Shown here in pieces: positions 7,945 to 17,772 of a DNA stretch of 64,000 bases. The translations under genes and the position numbers were made by a program. The first letter of the stretch is position 1. Every line of letters starts with the position of its first letter. The notes under the pieces are model-generated. The model had not been told where the DNA came from. It saw nothing but the letters and a program-made list of their open reading frames with translations, and ran no database searches. The stretch comes from a virus. The DNA is taken from the IMG/VR virus record IMGVR_UViG_3300046170_000301; one strand, 5' to 3'.

Positions 7945-8058
7945 TAAAATTAAATTGAACTCGACATCCTCCAAGTGTGCTGGAGGATACCCAACATAAC
8001 ATGGGTTGAGCAGGTTGTCAAGGGGTCAATCTAAATACTTTTAAATCGCCACAATACA

Positions 8059-8211
8059 ATGTATCATATTAACAAAGATGACATCATCAATTTAGTTAGA
8101 GCTTGTGAAAGGTATCAAGAGTCATCAAGTTCAGAATATATGTGGGAGAAGTATCAAAAATTAATAAAAAAATTAAATATCTATTACGAACAGAACTACG
8201 ACCAGAACTAA
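8059..8211 (+). CDS. Small hypothetical protein (50 aa), convergent with lysozyme
   Basis: MYHINKDDIINLVRACERYQESSSSEYMWEKYQKLIKKLNIYYEQNYDQN; CTAAATA late-like box upstream. Confidence 0.6.
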   Translation: MYHINKDDIINLVRACERYQESSSSEYMWEKYQKLIKKLNIYYEQNYDQN

Positions 8212-8666
8212 CTTCTCCAAAGTTTTCCTTCTGCTTTACGTCTCCTAAGTAAACCAGCTTCTACTTTACTACCAGGATTTCTATACATCTCAAGAACTTT
8301 TGGAACATCATTCCAGTTACGTTTTTTTAATGTCCTCGTAATTGTATTGAAACCAGAAGAACCATAGAAGTTAGCACCAAGATTATAAGCAAAACTTAGT
8401 AGTGCTCCACGCTGATTCATATTCATCTCATTCCAGTATGGAATCTTTGTTAGTGGTGGAAGGAACTCTTTCGTAATTTGATTAATTAGAAGAGAATCAG
8501 CAACACTCTGGGATATTTGCTGGTCAAGTGTAAATGGTTTGCCATTGTAATCTCTTATGCTACCCCATCCATTAGTAATAGGAAGACCACCAGAAAGAGG
8601 GTCTGGATATGCTTTTAGATGGCAACCTTCAAACTCTTTAATTAACTCTACTCCTTTTTCTGGCAC
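8208..8666 (-). CDS. Lysozyme/endolysin (GH24), probably translated as the C-terminal domain of a frameshift fusion
   Basis: LIKEFEG..LKAYPD...T.GWG, ALLSFAYNLG, GLLRRRKAE; GTG start lacks an SD. Confidence 0.9.
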   Translation of the reverse strand: MPEKGVELIKEFEGCHLKAYPDPLSGGLPITNGWGSIRDYNGKPFTLDQQISQSVADSLLINQITKEFLPPLTKIPYWNEMNMNQRGALLSFAYNLGANFYGSSGFNTITRTLKKRNWNDVPKVLEMYRNPGSKVEAGLLRRRKAEGKLWRS

Positions 8667-8724
8667 CTCATATTTACTAGTAGGAGTAGAGTTTGTTACT
8701 TTTTTGCTTCAAAGGTTCTCCCCC
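8644..8724 (-). promoter_or_regulatory. Putative -1 programmed ribosomal frameshift signal
   Basis: GGGGGAG, 12 nt, A_AAA_AAG (8705-8699), TAA, perfect 12-bp stem starting 5 nt downstream. Confidence 0.75.
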
Positions 8725-9394
8725 ATCCTGACGTAGGACCTTCTGGAGTCCACCTACGAGCCAGTTCTGAACGTTTGTAGATGGTACCCTTGCCGTTGTA
8801 TACCGAGCTTGTGTAGGCGTCGTTGAGGGAGCCGTAGGGGTCGTTGACGACGTAATCACCCGATAGGGTCTTTCCTATGACCACAACCATGTGCCCACCT
8901 GTAGGATTAGCAAGAGTGCCACGATGAAGTATCCCAATAACCACTGGTCTTCGCTTAGAAAGTTCACGATCAAGGTCATTAAAGCTAAGATGATAATGAA
9001 AGCTTGATTTAATTCCATAAGAATTTAACACTCTCGTCTGTACTAAATGGTTTGCAGTGTCACCAATAGAGAACACTTTTCTGATGTAAGCATCATCTCC
9101 TTTCTTACCAAGCAATGTGCCAGGTTTAAAATATTCAAGACACATAGCACAAGCAGAACTATTACAAGTTCTATTGGCATCTCTATAATTATCTGTCTGT
9201 GGATAATATGGAACGTTGAGAACAAGGTCTGCTGGTTTTGCCAACGGTGTTCTATATGTTTTAACCCAATCTGCTTCATCATAAAGAAGTTCTGGTTTCA
9301 ATACAGAAATTTCAGAAGCAAGTTTTGCTACTGCTTCTAAATGTTTCGGATTATTCTCGTCAAAATATTTGAAAAAATTCTTGAAGTCAATCAT
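8696..9394 (-). CDS. Peptidase C39-like (papain-fold) cell-wall protein
   Basis: LNVPYYPQTDN...TCNSSACAM, GGHMVVVIG, VNDPYG catalytic Q/C/H/D motifs. Confidence 0.85.
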   Translation of the reverse strand: MIDFKNFFKYFDENNPKHLEAVAKLASEISVLKPELLYDEADWVKTYRTPLAKPADLVLNVPYYPQTDNYRDANRTCNSSACAMCLEYFKPGTLLGKKGDDAYIRKVFSIGDTANHLVQTRVLNSYGIKSSFHYHLSFNDLDRELSKRRPVVIGILHRGTLANPTGGHMVVVIGKTLSGDYVVNDPYGSLNDAYTSSVYNGKGTIYKRSELARRWTPEGPTSGWGRTFEAKK

Positions 9395-9734
9395 TGTTGT
9401 CTCCGTATAGGTTTATAAAATACTCGGCATCTACTACAACTAAAGGTTTTTCACCATTCTTTTTGATGACAACTATTGGCTCGTAGTTACCTTTATTGGC
9501 AACTGCCTGTTTGTATGCTTCCCAGATATTTAGTTTTTGTGTATTTTTGCACTCGATTGAATGTGGGAAGGATTTTCTGGCAGCCCGAGCCATTATAATA
9601 TCTTCACCACCAGCTCCCATAGACCTCGATTCAATGTCTTCTGGGTGAATATTAAGATGTTCTATTAATTTATTTCTAACCCACTGCTGTAATCTTCTAC
9701 CCTTATTTTTAGCCGAGCTTGGTTTAATTGGCAT
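9387..9734 (-). CDS. PD-(D/E)XK Holliday-junction-resolvase-like nuclease
   Basis: SAKNKGRRLQQW...GEDI...SIECKN...AYKQA. Confidence 0.7.
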   Translation of the reverse strand: MPIKPSSAKNKGRRLQQWVRNKLIEHLNIHPEDIESRSMGAGGEDIIMARAARKSFPHSIECKNTQKLNIWEAYKQAVANKGNYEPIVVIKKNGEKPLVVVDAEYFINLYGDNND

Positions 9735-9762
9735 CAGTATCCTCCATTATAATCCAACCCCT

Positions 9763-10905
9763 TTAAAGTTTAAATTGTGAAAATTGATTAGATTTCATAT
9801 CTTGCTTTAGACCACCAATTACATATGTTTCTTGCTCCGTTTCTTGTGGAGCAACTTGAAGACCCTTGGAGTTCAACCAGTGCTCAGTCCAAGGAAGTGG
9901 ATTACTATTAGCAGGAACATCAAAGATTGGTTTCAATCCAATAGCTTTGAGACGACGATTGGCAATCCACTCTACATATTTACCTAATAATTTGTCATTA
10001 AGACCAATCATACTTCCATTCTTTGAAGAGGTATTTTGCCCATTGTTTCTCTTCATCAACTGTCTTCTTAAACATTCTGATTGTATTCTCTCTTTCCTTC
10101 TTCTGCGATCTGTTTCATCTCTGGATCATCGCCTTCATTCCATTTGTTCAATATCTGTTGTGTCACAACTACATGCTGGTTCTCATCCCGACTGATGAGG
10201 GATATGATTTTAGCAGATCCTTCCATGAGTTTGAGTTCACCGAATGCAAATGAGCACGCAAATGACACATAGAATCGTATTCCTTCCAGAATATTGACAT
10301 TGGCGATTGCCCTATAGAGTTTCCGTTTGAGTTCATGTCTGTCATAAGTTCCCTGTTGGATGTCCTTCCACTGCATATTTCCACAGATTACCAGAATCGT
10401 ACTCGTGAGCATCGTTCACAAAATCATCATATGATGATGTTACACTTTCTGCACGTTCTAATATTTTCTCGTCTTTTAAAATTGTATCGAATACTTCGGC
10501 TGGATCTGAGTAAACATTCTTGATGATGTATGTGTATGAACGACTATGGATCATCTCCATAAATTGCCAGACGTTCATGCACGCTTCCAACTCTGGAAGA
10601 GAACAATATGGTGCGAATGCCATACCAGGCGCCCTACCTTGAACAGAGTCTAACATGATCTGATATTTCAGATTTGAAGTAAAGATGTGCTTCTGTTCTG
10701 CTGTTAAGTTCTGATAATCAGAACGGTCTTTCTGTAGGGAAACTTCCTCTGGTCTCCAGAAATAGCCTAATTGTTGTTGAGTTAATTTCTCGAACACTGG
10801 ATATTTAGACCCATCGTATCTTTGAACTCCTAAAGGTTGTCCAAAAAACATGGGTTGTTTCTTTGTTTCTACTTCTTTTGTATTAAAAACAGTCAGACCT
10901 GACAC
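9763..10905 (-). CDS. nrdB: Ribonucleotide reductase class Ia beta subunit (three apparent single-base insertions)
   Basis: [38 protein letters not shown] motifs spread over 3 track ORFs. Confidence 0.93.
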
Positions 10906-10919
10906 GTTATTCTCCGTTG

Positions 10920-13208
10920 CTAAATTTTACAGGATTCACAATCATCTTCTTGTTCGACAGAACAATCTTCTAATAATTTATTTAAACTTTCTTTGACATC
11001 AACCTCATCAGTTTTGAGGTCATTTGTGTTTTGATAGTAGGATGTTTTCCAACCGTATTTGTATGTAGTTAAAAAATCATTTGCCATCACCGACACTGGA
11101 ACTTCATTGTCAGGGTAGTTCTCTGGATTGTAACTCCAGTTACCAGATATAGGCCTGATCAAAGAATTTTTGCATCACAGATATAATTTTAATATATCCT
11201 TCATTATCTTTCATATCCCAAAGAATTGTATAGTTATTCTTTAGATGTCCGTAGGAGGGAACAATCTGTTTAAGAGGCCCTTTCTTTGATTTTTAACGGA
11301 CAAGTAGTCTCTAGGTGGTTCAATTCCGTTTGTTGCGTTTGACACAATGGAACTGCTCTCCGAAGGCATTTGTGCGGACAGAGTGCTGTGCCTGAGTCCG
11401 TGTTCCAAGATAGATGACCTAAGACTATTCCAATCATAGTTGAGTTTGTTTGGTACGATCTCATCTACTTCAGTCTTGTAAGTATCAATCGGTAATATAC
11501 CACCAGAATATTTTGTACGATTAAAATATTCACACTTACCTTTTTCTTTTGCAAGTTGATTAGATGACTTTAACAGATAATATTGAAATGCTTCAGTAAG
11601 ATCATGAGTCAATTGCCATGCAGATGAATCACCATAGTGTTCTCCGTTCTTTGCCAAGTAGTGTGCAAGACCTATAAAACCAATACCAAGAGATCTTCTT
11701 TTTTTAGTTGAATTCTCTGCGGCCTTTACTGGATATCCCTGATAGTCAATTAACTCCTCCAGGCCCCTTACAGATAGGTCACAGAGGTCTTCTAATTCCT
11801 CTAGTCTATTAATCTTTCCAACATTAATTGCGGATAAAATACAGAGAGCGATCTCTCCATCAGGGTCATCAATGTGTGAGATTGGTTTTGTGGGTAAAGT
11901 AATTTCTTGACAAAGATTACTCATGCTCACTTTATCTATAAAAGATGAATGTGAGTTGCAATGATCAATATTCATCAGATAAAGACGACCAGTTTCTGCA
12001 CGTTCCTTAAGAATGTTTAAGATTAATTCTTGAGCATCTACTTGTGACTTAGGAACTGATTCATCTAACTCATATTGAGTGTATAGTTCATCAAAAGATT
12101 CCGTACCAAAACTATCATAAAGCCCTGGCACATCATGAGGAGAAAAAAGTGTGATCTTCTCGTTTGTAATAAACCTCTCATAAAATAATTTACTCAATTG
12201 AATACTATAGTCTAGTTTCCTTACACGATTATCTTCTGTTCCTTTATTGTTCTTGAGTACAATTATGTCTTCTATTTCTTTGTGCCAGATTGGGAAGTGG
12301 ACAGTCGCTGATCCACCTCTAATGCCGTTCTGAGTGCAACATCTGACAGTACTTTCAAACTTTTTGAGGAAAGGTACAACGCCTGTGTGCTGTACTTCTC
12401 CACCCCTGATTTTACTGTTGATGCCACGGATGCGGCCTGCGTTGATACCGATACCCGCCCTTTGTGCAACATATTTGCCGATAGCCATATCAGAACTAAA
12501 GATGCTATCGAGGGTGTCATCAGAATCAACAAGAACACAGCTAGCAAATTGTCTAAGAGGAGTTCGTACCCCGCCCATGATAGGCGTGGGGATGTTGATT
12601 CGGTGTTTCGAGATTGCTTGGTAGTATCTGGTGACATAATCGAGTCTTGTTTCTTGTGGATATTCTGCAAATATAGTCATCGCAATCACAAGATACATGA
12701 ACTGAGGAGTTTCATAAACTTGCCCAGAACTTCTATCTTGCACAAGATATTTATCAACTACTTGTCTGAAGTCCAGCATATGTAAATAGATAATCCCTGA
12801 TCATGGTCAATGAAGCATTAATTTTGCATTCTTCATCTGAATATTTACAAGATTCATATCATAAACATCTAGAATCATGATATAGCAGCAATGCATCAAA
12901 ACATGTTGGCAGTTCCTTTCCTCCAAATGTCATATACTTTTACGAATAGAGAATAAAAGTAATCTTGCTGCAACAAATTGATAGTTAGGATGGTCAAGTG
13001 AAATAAGGTCGCTTGCTGAACGAATAAGAATCTCTTGGATTTCTTCTGTTGTAATACCGTCATAAAACTGAATACCAGAATTCATTTCTACTTGAGAAGC
13101 AGAAACTCCACCAATACCTTCACATGCTTCGTCTACCATTTTGTGGATTTTGTCAAGATTTAGCGGTTCAACGGCACCGCTTCTCTTTTTTACGTTGATA
13201 CTGCTCAT
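10920..13208 (-). CDS. nrdA: Ribonucleotide reductase class Ia alpha subunit (several apparent indels, garbled 12780-12930)
   Basis: ATP-cone VKKR, QFASCVL, SNLCQEI, MPSESSS, KTSYY, C-terminal CESCKI. Confidence 0.93.
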
Positions 13209-14200
13209 ACTTTTTTCCATTCGATTAACTTTAACTTTGCTTCTAATCCTTGATAAGTATTGTATTTTACCACACTTTGAACATCGTGTCCAGATAAAAC
13301 CATGTCGTTGACATCTTTATCTGTTATAGAACTTGGCCATATCACTACTGGATAACCTTTGTCGATTGTCTTTGATATTTTATCAACGATTTCTCGGTTT
13401 CTTGGTTCGTTATCAAATACGAATGTAAATTGATAATTGAAAGTGCTAAGGTCAACATCGCTACCGCACATAGCAATACTGTTCCTAATGAACATGGAGT
13501 CAAAGGGTCCTTCGGTAACATAAATCTGTTTCTCCAAATCAACTCTATCCCAACCAAACACTTTTTGTTTGGCATCATCTAACATGACACTGATGTATCT
13601 TAGCTTTGCTTTAGGGGCAAGTGAACGTCCTTGATATCCGAACATCTTACCATCTTTATCCCTCATTGGGATTATAATACGAGGACTATCTTTCCTCAAA
13701 GTATCAAATACTTTCTTTTGAGAATTAGTCCACTCTTTAAATTTAGGACAATAGAAAAAGTAATCTAACTCTTTAATTTTTCTTGATTCTAAGTATTGTC
13801 TGGCTGGGTGAGAAGTATTTAGATTTGATATTGATTCCAAGTTTACATCTCTTTTTGTTTTAACAAAAACAGGTGGTTTGAAATTGAAATCTGGATTCTT
13901 TGTTTGTGTTCCTTTGCCAGTCAGACCTTCTTTGTATCTTTCCAACACATACTGGTCATGAAGATGTGGACAATTATCCTTCAAGAAATTGGTAAATGTC
14001 CTTCCAACTCCACAGTTATGGCATTTGAAAACAAAGTCATTTTTTATCTTAAACAGATATCCCCGAGTTTTATCTTTTCTTTTTTTACTGTCTCCACAAT
14101 ATGGACACCTGAAATTATAAAGGGAATCTTTTTTTCTTGAGAATTTTAGTAATTGAGGTGATATAAGATTGATGTATTTAACATCAATGTAACTCATCAT
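13205..14200 (-). CDS. g61: DNA primase (T4 gp61)
   Basis: CPYCGDS..CHNCG zinc finger; TOPRIM EGPFDS, FDNEPRN, KDVND. Confidence 0.95.
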   Translation of the reverse strand: MMSYIDVKYINLISPQLLKFSRKKDSLYNFRCPYCGDSKKRKDKTRGYLFKIKNDFVFKCHNCGVGRTFTNFLKDNCPHLHDQYVLERYKEGLTGKGTQTKNPDFNFKPPVFVKTKRDVNLESISNLNTSHPARQYLESRKIKELDYFFYCPKFKEWTNSQKKVFDTLRKDSPRIIIPMRDKDGKMFGYQGRSLAPKAKLRYISVMLDDAKQKVFGWDRVDLEKQIYVTEGPFDSMFIRNSIAMCGSDVDLSTFNYQFTFVFDNEPRNREIVDKISKTIDKGYPVVIWPSSITDKDVNDMVLSGHDVQSVVKYNTYQGLEAKLKLIEWKKV

Positions 14201-14607
14201 CTAGTCTGTTCAATACGTTCCTCTATGGTAACACCCCTGTCGCCTACTGTCAATAGGTCTCCGAAGAACTGTGCTGAACCGATGATGAAGATGGCCGCCG
14301 AGGCAATGCCAATGGTCATCCAGCGAAAGTTATAAAACTCTCCCATCTTTTCTTCAAGAGATTTAATCTTTTCTTTTATATCTTTAATATATTCAAGAAG
14401 ACCTTCATCTGATTTATTACATTGGTCTATTCTTTCTTCATGTTTAGCAAGAATAGCAGCAATATTATTGTTGGTTTCACTGATTTTATTTACAGCATTA
14501 TCCAACTTATCCAACATCTCCCTTGAAAGTTCTTCGTATATCTCAACTCTTTGAGCAAGAAGTTCAAAAGATTTATCCATTTCAGATTTTACTGCTTTAC
14601 CAAACAT
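14197..14607 (-). CDS. Coiled-coil protein with C-terminal TM helix
   Basis: Heptad pattern then WMTIGIASAAIFIIG; contains an internal TTGACA-N17-TACCAT promoter ahead of primase. Confidence 0.7.
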   Translation of the reverse strand: MFGKAVKSEMDKSFELLAQRVEIYEELSREMLDKLDNAVNKISETNNNIAAILAKHEERIDQCNKSDEGLLEYIKDIKEKIKSLEEKMGEFYNFRWMTIGIASAAIFIIGSAQFFGDLLTVGDRGVTIEERIEQTR

Positions 14608-14626
14608 TTATTTTCCTCGTAAGTTC

Positions 14627-15346
14627 TCAAACATTACGAACTGAAAAATCAAGAACTTGCTGGAAAGTAGCAGCATCCTTGTTTAACATATAACGGAACC
14701 TATCTTTATTATCATCATTCAATTGAGAATAAGCAGCAGCAATTCTTTTTGCTGAAAAGTTGTCGAGGTTCTGTTGTGTTCCATCACCAAAAGTAATCTT
14801 AGCAAAGTTTGCTTCTCCTCTTGGGTCAAGTTCAGATGTAGCAACTTGTAGTGCTACTTCAAGAGCATCAACTCCAGTGTTTTCGTTAATCATGTCACCC
14901 TCCATTTCGTAAGAATTTTTTAGTGATGCTTTTTTCTGTTGTTCGGATGCTTTCTTTTTAAAATCAGCAAGACGAGCTTTCATTAAAGTATCCATCTCTT
15001 TAGTCTTGTCCTGCATTTTTGCTTTAGCTTCATCTCTTTTTTTCTGAAGCTCTTTAGACCTCTTGAGCTTTTTTTGTTGCCCAATAGATTTTTGTGCTCT
15101 CTCGGTTTCTGAAGGAGCAGCTTCTAGAATTTGTTTGTCTAGTTCTTCTTTCATTTTTTTACGTCTGGAAATACGAGAGAGTAGATTTTTTGCCCCCTTT
15201 GTTCTGCCGTCAATATAATCTTTATTATTTTTTTTATATTTACGACGCTGTTTTGTATTAACAAATACAAATGCTGGTGGAAGTGCAAGTCCACTTCCAT
15301 CACCTGCTATCATTTCTTTTAAATTAGATTCAGTTTCTTTAGACAT
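14627..15346 (-). CDS. Hypothetical charged protein
   Basis: 239-aa ORF within the operon. Confidence 0.7.
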   Translation of the reverse strand: MSKETESNLKEMIAGDGSGLALPPAFVFVNTKQRRKYKKNNKDYIDGRTKGAKNLLSRISRRKKMKEELDKQILEAAPSETERAQKSIGQQKKLKRSKELQKKRDEAKAKMQDKTKEMDTLMKARLADFKKKASEQQKKASLKNSYEMEGDMINENTGVDALEVALQVATSELDPRGEANFAKITFGDGTQQNLDNFSAKRIAAAYSQLNDDNKDRFRYMLNKDAATFQQVLDFSVRNV

Positions 15347-15675
15347 TCTTCATCAATTTGGTTGTTTAAAGCCGAGGGCAATCTATCGAGAAATAATAAA
15401 AATGCTTTCAAAACTGGCCAATAGTTAGACTCTATTTTGAAAAATAAAAGAGGTGTGGTAGCTTCATCAAATACATTATATAATAATATAATATGATTCA
15501 AAATAAGATTCACCTTCAATTCACCTTGGGTTTCATAACGACGAAATAATCTTTTAATGTATTTAAAAGTATTTAGGTCTTCTTGAAAGTCATCATATGT
15601 TACGCAAGTAGGGTTATCATAATTTTTCATAGCGAAAAGAACCCAATTGTCCTTGTTCAATTCATCAAAATTCAT
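15319..15675 (-). CDS. Conserved T4-like hypothetical protein
   Basis: FAMKNYDNP.C...F.EDL..FKYIKRL...LILNHII motif typical of T4-like phages. Confidence 0.75.
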   Translation of the reverse strand: MNFDELNKDNWVLFAMKNYDNPTCVTYDDFQEDLNTFKYIKRLFRRYETQGELKVNLILNHIILLYNVFDEATTPLLFFKIESNYWPVLKAFLLFLDRLPSALNNQIDEECLKKLNLI

Positions 15676-15681
15676 TGATTA

Positions 15682-16272
15682 TCAAGCAACGGTCACAGTC
15701 AATATTGCTACATCAGAAATAACTTCTGGAGCACCAGCAGTTGAGGTAAGTTTGACACGATACTTTCTACCGTCATCATCAGTAGTTAATCCAGTAAGAG
15801 ATAGGGAAGCAGTTGTTTCTCCAGAAATAGTTTTCCAACGAGTTCCTGTTGCTTTCTGTGATTGCCACTGATAAACAATATCTCCAAGGTCAGGGTCATC
15901 AGCAGCAGTTACAGAGAATGTAACGGCTCCAACAGCATCATCCGTTGCTTGGTCTGTAGGTTGAACAGTAATATTAATTACAGAGGTTGCATCTGCTGCT
16001 ATAGCATCATCATCTTGAGTTTCCTGAGCATTAGGCTCTGGGTCTGCAATGATTATTAGATGCTCTGCTTTATGTCTGGTATGTCCTTCACAATCTGTAT
16101 AAGTGTAATAAGACCACCATCCAGGAGCATTAAGACCACGCTCTTTATTCTCTTCAAGAGCTGCTTCTGTATTGTCAATAAAGACAATTGTTTTTGATTG
16201 AGATGATTCAACTACACCACGTCCAGCTTTAGTTACGTTAGTGTTTGAGTCATCTTTCCCGTATAGAGACAT
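15682..16272 (-). CDS. Virion protein with C-terminal Ig-like domain
   Basis: ITVQP..VTFSVTA..YQWQ..LSLTGL..DDG.KYRV; TATAAATA at 16308-16315. Confidence 0.75.
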   Translation of the reverse strand: MSLYGKDDSNTNVTKAGRGVVESSQSKTIVFIDNTEAALEENKERGLNAPGWWSYYTYTDCEGHTRHKAEHLIIIADPEPNAQETQDDDAIAADATSVINITVQPTDQATDDAVGAVTFSVTAADDPDLGDIVYQWQSQKATGTRWKTISGETTASLSLTGLTTDDDGRKYRVKLTSTAGAPEVISDVAILTVTVA

Positions 16273-16342
16273 TCAACCTCTCCAAAAATTTACTTTTTAC
16301 CTACAAATATTTATAAAAATAGGGGAGTTTCCTCCCCGTAAA

Positions 16343-16510
16343 TTATCTCTTCTTTTTTACTTTACTTACTAATGCTCTCAAAAAACTTCTAACGACTTGA
16401 AAAACACCCTTTTCTTTCAACCATGGAATGTAAGACAATGCTTCGGATATTGCCCATAAAGCAGCAAATACAATTGCGGCTCCATGAGAAATCAAAAAGC
16501 ACTCAATCAT
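16343..16510 (-). CDS. Small holin-like membrane protein (55 aa)
   Basis: MIECFLISHGAAIVFAALWAISEALSYIPWLKEKGVFQVVRSFLRALVSKVKKKR; TM segment plus basic tail; hairpin downstream. Confidence 0.55.
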   Translation of the reverse strand: MIECFLISHGAAIVFAALWAISEALSYIPWLKEKGVFQVVRSFLRALVSKVKKKR

Positions 16511-16686
16511 TTCTCAGAGCAGTTTTTGAGAAGAGCAACTCTTACGCTAGTTGAAATGAGGTCATCGATATCATTATCGGTTGTCTGAACATAGCGGTCA
16601 AGAAGGTCAACTACGAGAAGCTTGGTGTTGCAAGAGTTGAGGAATTTAAAAAGAATTGGTCTAAAAAGTTGTACTAAATTGTCCAT
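16507..16686 (-). CDS. Small hypothetical protein (59 aa)
   Basis: MDNLVQLFRPILF...TDNDIDD...; AAGGAG SD; ATGA coupling. Confidence 0.7.
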   Translation of the reverse strand: MDNLVQLFRPILFKFLNSCNTKLLVVDLLDRYVQTTDNDIDDLISTSVRVALLKNCSEK

Positions 16687-16834
16687 AATTTATTCTCCTT
16701 AAGGTAAGTTGGTCGTGGGTTTCCCTAATCTATTTATGTAAATTGGGGTCTTTCAACTGAGGAGACATTGTTTTAGATTGTCCCTTCATTGCTTTCTTAA
16801 GATACTTTCTTGTTTTCTTTTTATTTTCCATATC

Positions 16835-16917
16835 GTCAGGACCACCGTCTTCTAATTTAGGCATCACCTCAACGGTAGGTTCTGACTTCTTTACTTTTTT
16901 TCCTCTTCAATCTCCTT
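16835..16917 (-). promoter_or_regulatory. Putative -1 programmed ribosomal frameshift signal
   Basis: AAGGAG, 11 nt, A_AAA_AAG (16900-16894), TAA, 13-bp interrupted stem starting 7 nt downstream. Confidence 0.7.
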
Positions 16918-17772
16918 ACGAAGTTCTGCTTCCTCTTTCATTTTTTTCTTCTTAGAAATAATCTTGGAAACTTTCTTACGACGATTTAGAAGATACTTAT
17001 CGGACTTATCGTGGTCACCATCATTGTCAATATCCTTATCTTCTTTCCCTACTGGGTCAAGTGCTTCATTGGTCTTTTTCTTTTCTGGAAGACCTTTATG
17101 CTTAGTAGAAGCAAACTTCTCTGCTTCCTTTCCAGTCATTGACTTAGCAGCTTTATCAACTTCTTTAGAACCACCTCTCATTTCGCCTTTCTTTTTAGCG
17201 TGAACCATTCCCATGAAGCGTTGTTGTGCTTTACTTACTGACTTCTCTTGAAGTTCTTCGCCATCATGCTCGACTTCATCACCAGCTTTCACACAGTTAT
17301 CAACTCTCTTACCACCTTTTATCTTGGTTCCCATTTGCTTGTATCCTTTCCAACAAGCTTTACCATCTAAACCTTTCTTCTTGTCTGCTTCAAATACATA
17401 AGTGAAACCATCAAGTTCAAACTCGTAGGTTTCTTTCTTCATATCCTTATCTTTCTTCTCACAGCGGGAGCACCCCTTCCCGCCGCAGTAAGAGCAGGTA
17501 TCACACGACTCCTTCGTAACCAGTTTCGTGGTGTCCTTAATCTCTGCTCCGTGTGATTGTTTAATACCAGAACCAGTCCGTAAATCAACAGCAGGGTCAG
17601 GAGATGAAGCGTTTGCTTTTGGGTCTTTTTTGGAAGTGTCATCTTGCTTCTTTTTAGACTTGTCTAGCGTAGGAATACCCTCTTCGCCTAAACGTTTTAC
17701 AGTTCCTTCAATGAGTGCTTTTGAGAACTCGTCATTATAATGAACAGAGTTTACTGGTTTCTGTTTTTCCAT
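16891..17772 (-). CDS. Lys/Glu-rich modular protein, putative internal head protein; -1 frame extends it to 16730
   Basis: Modules [38 protein letters not shown] separated by Glu-ending linkers. Confidence 0.75.
   Translation of the reverse strand: MEKQKPVNSVHYNDEFSKALIEGTVKRLGEEGIPTLDKSKKKQDDTSKKDPKANASSPDPAVDLRTGSGIKQSHGAEIKDTTKLVTKESCDTCSYCGGKGCSRCEKKDKDMKKETYEFELDGFTYVFEADKKKGLDGKACWKGYKQMGTKIKGGKRVDNCVKAGDEVEHDGEELQEKSVSKAQQRFMGMVHAKKKGEMRGGSKEVDKAAKSMTGKEAEKFASTKHKGLPEKKKTNEALDPVGKEDKDIDNDGDHDKSDKYLLNRRKKVSKIISKKKKMKEEAELRKEIEEEKK

Noticed and set aside
12780-12930. Intron or intein in nrdA
   Set aside because: The segment still shows residual NrdA-like coding fragments (YSDEE, IDHD, FTYAG) and is too short for an intron or intein.
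15068-15074. Third in-frame A_AAA_AAG in the 239-aa gene
   Set aside because: No adjacent stop or evident downstream stem, and the -1 frame closes after a few codons.
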